IMG/VR virus record: IMGVR_UViG_3300020417_001805 | Span: 1-25,202 of that record | DNA: 25,202 nt | Source of the DNA: a virus | Lineage: Duplodnaviria; Caudoviricetes | Direction: 5' to 3' (one strand) | Part shown: in pieces, positions 9,101 through 16,197 of the stretch | How positions within the stretch are numbered: the stretch's first letter is position 1 | Layout: every line of letters begins with the position of its first letter | Made by a program: the position numbers and the translations under genes | The notes under the pieces: model-generated | Databases searched by the model: none | Told to the model about the DNA's origin: nothing | The model's input: the letters and a program-made list of their open reading frames with translations, nothing else

Positions 9101-12100
9101 ATACAGTTCCAGATAATTTATATTATGCTCTAGTAGATGGTAATGATGAAAAAATAAACTATACTGAAAATAAACCAAAAATATTCAGCACAGTGAGTCA
9201 TTATAATGGAGTATACGAAATAACTGATGTTGAAGATTTAAATTATAGCATTTACTTATCTAATACTCCAGAAAGACCATCATACTCTGATTCGGATTGT
9301 AGTGTAATTAAATATGATACCACCTCAAAGACTGCGAATGGATCTGTATCTAGTACAAAAATTGAAAGTGGTGGAATTAATTATAATGATCTGCCAGTAT
9401 TTGAAGGCAGCGATTCTCAGGAGGGATCTGGACTATCCGTTTTACCAAGATCTACAAGTATTGGTAAAATTATAAACAAAGTTGATTTAAATTCTGGATT
9501 TGAATATTCTGTTGATAGAACTATTTCACCTTCAACAAAAACATCATTAAATGCTAATATTAAAAATTCTCAAGTTTTAAAATCAATATCAATAGTTCAA
9601 GGTGGATCTGGATATCCTAATGCACCAAAATTGGTGGTTGTAGATACTGATACAGGTATAGAAATTGATCAGGGATTATTACTTCCAGTTATGTCTGGAA
9701 GTACACTAGGAAATTCAAATATTGAGGATGTTGAAATTCAAACTCCTTTAAATGGATTGCCTTCAACACCAGTAACCATCAGAGCAGTAGAAAATTCAAA
9801 TGCAATTAGAATTGATAAAGTTACTCCTTCAATTTCGGACAGTAGACATTTTACTTGCTTACTAAAAACACCCATTCTTGGATATGGAAATGATCCATTC
9901 CAAGTTGGAGACGAAGTGTTCATTGAAAACATTGAATCTCTTACCGATACTGGTGTAGGTTTTAATTCAAAAGATCATGGATATGCCTTCTTTGAAGTTA
10001 TTGATTATGTTGCAGATTCTAATCCTGGTGAAGTTACCTTGCAGATTCCAAAACTATATGGAAACCCAGGTGTTGCTGTTACTTTCCAAATTGATTCTTT
10101 TGCAGGCATTCTTAAAAAAGATAATTATCCTCTGTTTAGAGTTGAACAAGAACCTGGACTTTTCTTTGAAAATGAATCAATATCTATATTAGATCGTGAT
10201 ACTGGAATATATGTAAATAGTGATTTAAAAATAACTAAGTCTAATAAAAATTATGTTAAGTTATTGGGAGATTCAGATGTATTTGTTGGTGATACTGTAA
10301 AAGGACTTTCATCAGGCACTATTGCAGTAATTGATGCATTTGACTCTATAAGTGGACAATTTACTATTGAAGCATCAGCTATAAGAGATTATGGGTGGGT
10401 TGGAGAATCTGGAAAACTTAATTCTGATACTCAATTCATTGCTGATAATGATTATTATCAAAACTTATCATATACAATAAGAAGTGAAAAAACTTGGGAT
10501 GAAATTAAAGAACCTGTAAATTCTACCGTACACCCAATCGGTACAAAGAACTTTGCAGATACTCAAATTACAGGAATCGCTACAGATGCTGGAGTAACTG
10601 ATAATAGAGCGAAAGATAGCATTTTAGAAAACATTCAATCTTTCATCAGACAGAGTAGAGTTGATGTTATTAAAAACTTTGATAATGTATTGGATGAAGA
10701 TCCTGTTAATGATACTTCTAAATTTATCAAGTTTAAAAATATACAACTATCAGATTTCTTTAGAGCAGAGACTAATAGAGTTTTAAATATAGACAATATT
10801 GCTGGTCAGTTCTCTAGTTCTGATGATGAATCTTTTGATTCTAAAATTATTGCTAAGAGTTTGCCTGAAAGAAGATCCTGTTATAAGTTTTTAGTGCAAA
10901 CAAAATCCATAGATAATGAAACATATAATCATATACAATTTAATGAAGTTATTGCTCTTTATGATGGAAGTGCAAACGTATACTTTATATCCAAATCAAA
11001 TCACTCGAATAAAGCAGTTAATTCAAAGCCTTCACATTATGCATCTTTAGAGATGTTTACTAATGATGTTGGACTTTTAAATTTACAATTTATTCCAGAA
11101 AATACTGCTGATTTTGATTATGAGATAAAGATACTTTCAAGTACAACTAGTTCTTCTGTTGATAATCAAGGTTCACAAAGTTTTGGTTCTGTTAATATTT
11201 TTGCAGACACTACTAATTTAGCAACTACAGATAAAGTAGTTCTAAACACATTTGATGCTTCCGAATATAATGTACTATTTACAGAAGCTCATATTGAAAA
11301 TCTCACTTTTAATACAAGTGAGTATGTAGAAATGACTACAATATATGATGGTACAAATGTTATTGAAACAAAATATGATTTTGAATCTACTGAAGATGAT
11401 ATATCATCTCTGGTAGGTATTGGAACTTTGTCAGCTGAAAAGAGCGGTTCCAATCTTGAACTATATTTCCAGTCTTTAGATGGATCGTCTGTACGTGTAA
11501 ATACAAAAACTTATGCTTTTGGAGATTATGCGGGCGGAACTAGTACTTACAGATACTTAACTAAAAATCAGTCTGCAGGATCTGAAAGAACTGCAATTAT
11601 AGACAATTCAGTTATTTCTACTGGAACTGAAACTGGTTTTACCACAACAAGAACATATCCAAAAGATAATTTTTCTTCTATTAAATCTTTTGTTAGAGTT
11701 GCTGTTAATGATAAAATTGATTTTCATGAAATTATTAATTTACATGACGGTACTGATTCTTACATTGTCGAATCACCTGTAGTTTCTTCTGGAAGAAGTG
11801 ACAACTATGATACAATTGGAGAATTTACATCAGTCATAAATGGTGCAAACTTAGAATTACGTTTTGAAAGAAATACTGAATATAGTAACTCTGATGTTCA
11901 AATTACTCAATTAGATTATAAGTTCTATAGTTTCTTAGATGAATTGAATAAACCACAACCATTGCAATATGGAAATCTCTTAGAAACTCAATCCGTAGCA
12001 AAATTCTTTGGTGTCAATTCTCCTAATATTGATAGAACTAATTTTAGATTGGAGTATGAACGTACTCCAATTTATGCCAAAACATTTGATCCTGCAGATT

Positions 12101-15100
12101 CGGATATATTAGATCCAGCAACTGGAACATTCAATATAGATAATCATTTCTTCAGCACTGGTGAAAGACTAATTTACACACCAGGATCCACGTTTATTGG
12201 TATTGGCAAACGTGCTATGAAGACTAGTTCTAATACTGATCTTCCAACTGAGGTTTATGCTATTAAAATTGATAATAATACATTCCAAATAGCATCAAGC
12301 ACATCTAATGCAGAGACTCAAACTCAGATAACATTTAATCCATCAGATCTTGGTGAAGGTAATGCTCATATGCTTGAGATGTATGTGAAGAATGAAAAAA
12401 CTTTGATTACAGTCAATGATTTAGCACAATATCCATTATTATACACTGGAATTACTCACAATCTTGATGTGAATGTTGGTGTTGCTGATAGTTTCTTTAG
12501 TTTAACTGGAATTTCATCACTAGGACCTCAAGATATTCTTAAGGTGAATGATGAATATATGAAAATTTCTAATGTTGGAATCGGTACTACATCTAAAGGC
12601 CCAATATTATATTTCAGTGGTGATAAAAATATCGTTTCTGTTGAAAGAGGTGTTGTTGGTAGTGCAGCAACAACACATACTCTTGGTGATGTTGCATACT
12701 TATATAGAGGTTCTTATAATATTGTTGGTGATGAATTACATTTCACGAATCCTCCAAGAGGAAATATTGGTGACTTAGCATCTAAGGATGAAAGAAATCT
12801 TTTAAGAGCAAGAGCAACTTTCCAAGGAAGAACCTTTTTAAGAAAAGATTATAGTACTAATGATATTTACGATGATTTTTCAGATGATTTTGATGGCAAA
12901 ACCACTTCATTTGAATTAAAAACATTAGGAGTTAGTACAGTTGGATTGGGAACTACATCAGGTAATGGAATGCTATTTTTAAATGGTATTCTACAAACTC
13001 CCGAAACAGAAAATGTTACAGACTTTAATTTTAAACTTTCTTCTAATGATTCTCTTGGAATAACTACGATAACATTTACCGGCGTTACAACATCAAATGG
13101 AAAAACTCAAATTTCAGAATCTGATGTTAACCAAAACCAATTACCTAGAGGTGGAATTATTGTTTCTCTTGGATCTAGTGCTGGTCTAGGTTTTGCTCCT
13201 TTAGTTGGTGCTAAAGTTAGATTAGAGAAAGATTCTCTTGGTGGGATTCAAAATGTAGTTAGCGTTGGAGGAACTAGTGGAGATACTGTTGCAATTACAA
13301 CGGCAAAATATGATAATGAAAATGGAACTTTGACAATTGTGAGTACAGAGTCAGAAATCTATAAACTGGTACAACCAAAAGTTAATCATGTTAGACTTGT
13401 TGGATTATCATTTACATGCAATTCTGGAAATGGTACAGTCATTTCATTCCCACAACTTGATGATGACAAACCACGCGACATTATTGGTATAGGAGCAACT
13501 ACAGTAACTGTTGACGTTGGAATATCCACATTAGAACATTATTATGTTGGATATGGTACGGTTTATCCTTGGTATTCTGATTTAACTGAAGGTTCTGGAT
13601 ACAGAAGTCCAGTATCGGTATCTTTAAGAGACGCTGCTGAAGATTACGAGCACAAATTTGTGAGAACTAATGATGAATCTGTAGGTGTTCAGGGTAGTAG
13701 TGTTACTTTTACACCAACGTTTGCAACTTATGAACCTACGACTGGTGTTATGGTTCTTACTATGGAAAATCATGGTCTGACTGATAGTGATTTTGTAACA
13801 CTAACAACTGGTTCAATATACTTCACATGCTCTTCAGATTCTCATGTAAGAGAAATTGGATATCCAAGAGCAACTGATCCTGCCGCAGGCATTGCAACCG
13901 CTATTACCTCATATACAAGTGACACTATTTCTGTAAATGTAGGATCTATGGTGGGTTCTGGCGGTGAAATTGACGTGACTGTTGGTGCTGGTGGAACTTT
14001 AGGATTTACAGTTTCTTCTGCAGGTTCTAATTATACACAACCAATATTAGATATTGATGATCCATCTTATGGCAATCTTGAGGTTATTGGTGTTTCACGA
14101 CTTGGAGTGGGTCAGACTACTGAAGTTGGTGTAAATATGCGAGTAAGTGTAGATGTTGGCCCCGCATTGAACAGGGTAGGTGTTGGATCTACATTATTTG
14201 AAGTTTCAAAATTTGAAGTTTCTAGGGAGGGTTATGGATTCCAAAATGGAGATGTACTTACTGTAGTTGGTCTAGTAACCGATAAGAGTCTATCTGAACC
14301 ACTCGAAAAGTTCCAATTATATGTTCTTGATACTTATAAAGACTCTGTTGCTGCATGGCAATTTGGAGAATTGAACAGAATTGATGATCTTAAACCATAT
14401 CAAAATGGTAAGAGATTGCAGTATCCCCTATATTATCAAACTGAGTTGCTTTCTTTCCAAAAAGATACTGAAAATTCAGACTCTTTAGATATTGATTTTA
14501 ACAGTCTATTAGTAATTTTTGTTAATGGAATACTTCAAAAACCTGGATATGCTTATGAGTTTAATGGTGGGTCATCATTTAGATTCACTACAGCACCAAA
14601 ACCAAATGATGATGTTAAAGTATTCTTCTATGTTGGAACTAGAGGTGAGGACTCTAGTAGAATTGATGTGAATGAAACAATCAAAGTTGGTGATATTCTA
14701 AAAATTAATAAGATTGATGATAATACTCTTGCTCAAGATCCAAGAATGGTATTTGATATTGTTGCTTCAGATATTGTTGAAACTAGTCTGTATACTGGTG
14801 ATGGTATTAATGATAATGTATACAAACCTGTAGATTGGATAAAACAGAGAGAGGATGTAATTATTAATGAAATAACTTATTCAAAATCTAGACAAGCAGT
14901 TGAACCACAAATTTATCCAACTGCTAAAATTATATCAGATTTAAATACTACAGATACTGTACTATATGTTGATAATGCAAATTTATTTAATTATGAAGAA
15001 AAGGCTTCATCTAAACCAATTGATATTGATTTAATTCCATATCAAATTAATAATAAAGTTGGAGTTATTACAGCAACAGTTTCTGCTGCAGGAACTATTT

Positions 15101-16164
15101 CTCAATTGAATATTGTAGATGCTGGTATTGGATATACTTCTGCAGCAAGAGTTAAGATTTCAAATCCAATAATTGGTATTGGAGATGATAGATCTTGGTA
15201 CTCTGTTGGAATTGGTACTCCAGACACATATTCTGCAACAACTACAGGGTCTGTTGGAATTAATTCAAATCAAATTCTGGTCGAAAATTATAATAATATT
15301 AACATTGGAGATTCTGTTAATTCCATAACTAAGGATTTGATTCTTTCAGGTACAACAGTATTAGAAATTTCTAATCCCGGTGGGAATGTTGGATTGGTAA
15401 CGATTTCAAAATTATCGACAAATACAACTGAAATTGAAACTACATTTAACTTTGGGACATTATCAAGAGGTTCTGTTGGTGTTGGAAGCACTGCAACAGC
15501 AACAGTTACAATAACTGATGGAGTAATAACTTCTGCTGATATTGTAAATCCAGGTTCTGGATATACATCCACAAATCCACCTCAAGTTGTAGTAGATTTT
15601 CCAGAATATAATGAGGAAAGAATTACTAATGCTGATGTAGTTGTTGGACTCTATGGAAATATTCTTGGTATTGGTACGACTCCAGGTATTGGTGGTGCAG
15701 AACTTGCTTTATCATTCCAATTAAGAGAAACTACCAAAAATCAAGGTGACTACAGTGATATAAGTGTTGGCCAACCAATTTATATTTACGGAACCTCAAT
15801 AGGTGAGGGAATTACATCCATCGATTTTAATGATACTGATACAGTTGGTATTGGAACTACTGCATTAGATTGTGTATATAAAGTTCAATATATTGATACT
15901 AACACAGGTATAATAACCTGTAATATCTTAAGCACTACCAATATAAGTGGCGATCTTGTGGATGGAATTACAGGAACAGCATTATCTCCCGTTGGTAAGT
16001 TTTCCTTCGGAAAAATTAGTGGATTTAGTAGAGGATCTAATCCAGTATCGTTTGCAGTAACTAGTTACACTGTATCTGGTCTTGGGACATATGGATTAGT
16101 GAAGAGAAAAGGATCCAATAATGGATTGAGAAAGACTGGTGCTTTAATTAGCAGATCATCGTAA
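3127..16164 (+). CDS. gp7: Giant baseplate wedge initiator gp7-like protein (4345 aa)
   Basis: Lies between gp6 and gp8. N-terminus QIPEFI..ESPKF.EFLKQYY; gp7-type motifs LYKSKGSKESFRILFNALFG (3724-3783) and DYYQNLSYTIRS...VHPIG (10450-10542). Very large gp7 proteins are known in cyanomyophages. Ends in tandem stops TAATAA. Confidence 0.88.
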   Translation: MIQTSFENKVQIQDIIDNQIPEFIASESPKFTEFLKQYYISQEIQGGNVDIVENLPYYLKLDNMTPEVLNSSSELTQDVTTDATKGITSEIFVTTTEGFPKKHGLIQIDEEIISYKSKTSNSFVDCVRNFSGIAEYGKSLSFSSTNIASHTSGTKVINLSVLFLGQFYQKIKNTLLTELESTTLNENLKVNTFLKNTTSLYKSKGSKESFRILFNALFGIEPEVVDLEKYVIKSSNSDFRRRREVLCELLTSGDHTKIIGQQLTKTNDTNVFGSISEVEVLTRENRLLYKILLYVGYDDFTATSEGEFLITPSTKLIDSINSTDLTSTLTVDSTIGFPESGVVYANGTKITYTEKTINQFLNCYTEGDNYINLNIPKVTNIHSDDTYFAYEDGDTSKKLEFRLLGSVRNLNLTYGNPNYISHEGEKIIVDSLGMEIKNTNNNNPKQTLANSFVYNTSVRIPIIIGNFDGSTAETPVTLDKSFLKTGDTVEFLSRNSEIVPEGYGDVKITAVTGNEIIFGKGLTSLNSDGKYDIRRKVEYASSTSLPLAYDNLTTNIVNLYDENRVNFYVASNSLPSYTISKDIIKSTVDTVDLSSFNPLKDGYYRLILNNLTSFIDGDQITYTHTGEPINGLKSGNYYVTVEDKKYVKLYRSNSSISIGDFIYFPTNYSGPIVPEGTHTFTLSSQQSNDNKIHPSKSFRKIKLNDLLTEGGGTDKVDAGFVGMLVNGVDILSPITQDKIYYGPLSSVDVYNGGSGYDVINPPELRISGDAKIQPVVQGKIEKVFVDPMEFDVNEPIKVTISGGNGRNASLQPQTKVVSREVPFNARPLNDGGGIDEDDDTITFLTDHNFYNGQKIYYISDNINNPKIGISTFGGANQTDGTYLENNTSYYAKVVNSSTIRIHPSLSDYRAGINTVGLSTEGNFGIHKFRTDARKILSNIVVENPGEGYTSRKLTLNQSGISTITDRIAFVNHGFSDGELVKYDYETSPISGLSTSNQYYILKVDDHSFRLCDAGIGGTDTSFYDREKYVSIASSGIGYQYFDYPDISIDVSYIVDGERTVSPITATPVIKGSIVGAYLYEKGSNYGSTTLNVEESPIVEVVQGREASFRPIITEGKIERVEINYGGYDYKSTPDLKVISDKGIGAELRAIISNGSVASVKVIEGGLNYSYEDIEIVPSFDGKDFVADISIRSLIVDTAYKYGVQYDNYRDPSYELLYKNNREVLQYAVTGYSDLLKSEFNEDPNVHSPIIGWAYDGNPIYGPFGYENPEKISTIRLIKSSYVKDTDNVENRPTNSVFNISDPNSSYFVEDYKYDGSGDLDRYNGRWCITPEYPNGVYAYFATARLNTEQQYVGTFPYFVGLTYRSPLIRENVDASLSHSFDFNNSDLLRNTFPYKSKDLYATYDFFPINRATINQTSEIISVTKGSIDQIGITSAGKNYQVGDKLNFTTNGTGNGLSVKVESLEGKPITSITNTSLKYSNSNLYPNGTDGSIFYILPSHNLRPNTKVTITGLSTEFAELNGDHIASVDQFTTRATDEIVQRDYNASAGVYHQSRSGIVTDIKLDSLPTRVSIGSSIRLKPFGGDDAYYQHYTILNSFKEDNIIRCRKTGGVGLCSATTEIEFLPHTVKIDALLPDNDLKFNYKRYFNPQQSIGIGTWSGVNSTISFHIGTRRITKTIPTRSLYIPNHGFKDREKVIMRKANSSSGNITIQMNDNPTSTKNLLAVNNQEVLYVIKKTDDIIGIQTSIDAASTTDGLIFANGINAGSNNFEYSLESAVEEETAIIYQNKSTVSVSTVHGLKDRDFVKIEVVPDIQTGIGNSTILNTEYISKFKSISFKTFVVSAGDVNSDTNEITIENHLLNGGERVSFVGSDIPSGIDSETAYYVSKVDIDTIKLSETYKESISKPSTTIKFVDSGSGNHEIKLLDSNISAIRNNTLFFDVSDASLEGYNIKFYYDNECKNEFVSGISTQFPITRVGAVGLGSTATISLKYDNTVPDNLYYALVDGNDEKINYTENKPKIFSTVSHYNGVYEITDVEDLNYSIYLSNTPERPSYSDSDCSVIKYDTTSKTANGSVSSTKIESGGINYNDLPVFEGSDSQEGSGLSVLPRSTSIGKIINKVDLNSGFEYSVDRTISPSTKTSLNANIKNSQVLKSISIVQGGSGYPNAPKLVVVDTDTGIEIDQGLLLPVMSGSTLGNSNIEDVEIQTPLNGLPSTPVTIRAVENSNAIRIDKVTPSISDSRHFTCLLKTPILGYGNDPFQVGDEVFIENIESLTDTGVGFNSKDHGYAFFEVIDYVADSNPGEVTLQIPKLYGNPGVAVTFQIDSFAGILKKDNYPLFRVEQEPGLFFENESISILDRDTGIYVNSDLKITKSNKNYVKLLGDSDVFVGDTVKGLSSGTIAVIDAFDSISGQFTIEASAIRDYGWVGESGKLNSDTQFIADNDYYQNLSYTIRSEKTWDEIKEPVNSTVHPIGTKNFADTQITGIATDAGVTDNRAKDSILENIQSFIRQSRVDVIKNFDNVLDEDPVNDTSKFIKFKNIQLSDFFRAETNRVLNIDNIAGQFSSSDDESFDSKIIAKSLPERRSCYKFLVQTKSIDNETYNHIQFNEVIALYDGSANVYFISKSNHSNKAVNSKPSHYASLEMFTNDVGLLNLQFIPENTADFDYEIKILSSTTSSSVDNQGSQSFGSVNIFADTTNLATTDKVVLNTFDASEYNVLFTEAHIENLTFNTSEYVEMTTIYDGTNVIETKYDFESTEDDISSLVGIGTLSAEKSGSNLELYFQSLDGSSVRVNTKTYAFGDYAGGTSTYRYLTKNQSAGSERTAIIDNSVISTGTETGFTTTRTYPKDNFSSIKSFVRVAVNDKIDFHEIINLHDGTDSYIVESPVVSSGRSDNYDTIGEFTSVINGANLELRFERNTEYSNSDVQITQLDYKFYSFLDELNKPQPLQYGNLLETQSVAKFFGVNSPNIDRTNFRLEYERTPIYAKTFDPADSDILDPATGTFNIDNHFFSTGERLIYTPGSTFIGIGKRAMKTSSNTDLPTEVYAIKIDNNTFQIASSTSNAETQTQITFNPSDLGEGNAHMLEMYVKNEKTLITVNDLAQYPLLYTGITHNLDVNVGVADSFFSLTGISSLGPQDILKVNDEYMKISNVGIGTTSKGPILYFSGDKNIVSVERGVVGSAATTHTLGDVAYLYRGSYNIVGDELHFTNPPRGNIGDLASKDERNLLRARATFQGRTFLRKDYSTNDIYDDFSDDFDGKTTSFELKTLGVSTVGLGTTSGNGMLFLNGILQTPETENVTDFNFKLSSNDSLGITTITFTGVTTSNGKTQISESDVNQNQLPRGGIIVSLGSSAGLGFAPLVGAKVRLEKDSLGGIQNVVSVGGTSGDTVAITTAKYDNENGTLTIVSTESEIYKLVQPKVNHVRLVGLSFTCNSGNGTVISFPQLDDDKPRDIIGIGATTVTVDVGISTLEHYYVGYGTVYPWYSDLTEGSGYRSPVSVSLRDAAEDYEHKFVRTNDESVGVQGSSVTFTPTFATYEPTTGVMVLTMENHGLTDSDFVTLTTGSIYFTCSSDSHVREIGYPRATDPAAGIATAITSYTSDTISVNVGSMVGSGGEIDVTVGAGGTLGFTVSSAGSNYTQPILDIDDPSYGNLEVIGVSRLGVGQTTEVGVNMRVSVDVGPALNRVGVGSTLFEVSKFEVSREGYGFQNGDVLTVVGLVTDKSLSEPLEKFQLYVLDTYKDSVAAWQFGELNRIDDLKPYQNGKRLQYPLYYQTELLSFQKDTENSDSLDIDFNSLLVIFVNGILQKPGYAYEFNGGSSFRFTTAPKPNDDVKVFFYVGTRGEDSSRIDVNETIKVGDILKINKIDDNTLAQDPRMVFDIVASDIVETSLYTGDGINDNVYKPVDWIKQREDVIINEITYSKSRQAVEPQIYPTAKIISDLNTTDTVLYVDNANLFNYEEKASSKPIDIDLIPYQINNKVGVITATVSAAGTISQLNIVDAGIGYTSAARVKISNPIIGIGDDRSWYSVGIGTPDTYSATTTGSVGINSNQILVENYNNINIGDSVNSITKDLILSGTTVLEISNPGGNVGLVTISKLSTNTTEIETTFNFGTLSRGSVGVGSTATATVTITDGVITSADIVNPGSGYTSTNPPQVVVDFPEYNEERITNADVVVGLYGNILGIGTTPGIGGAELALSFQLRETTKNQGDYSDISVGQPIYIYGTSIGEGITSIDFNDTDTVGIGTTALDCVYKVQYIDTNTGIITCNILSTTNISGDLVDGITGTALSPVGKFSFGKISGFSRGSNPVSFAVTSYTVSGLGTYGLVKRKGSNNGLRKTGALISRSS
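10861..11930 (+). repeat. Three diverged ~130-aa protein-level repeats inside gp7
   Basis: E-x4-[YH]DG cores: EVIALYDGS (Y at 10960), EMTTIYDGT (11344), EIINLHDGT (11743). Each is followed by L-x-L-x-F (LLNLQF, NLELYF, NLELRF). Spacings are 128 and 133 codons. Confidence 0.65.
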
Positions 16165-16171
16165 TAACAAG

Positions 16172-16179
16172 TATAAATA
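16172..16179 (+). promoter_or_regulatory. T4-type late promoter TATAAATA for gp8
   Basis: Perfect consensus in the 33-nt gp7-gp8 intergenic gap. Confidence 0.85.
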
Positions 16180-16197
16180 GTAAAAAAATGGTTTAAA

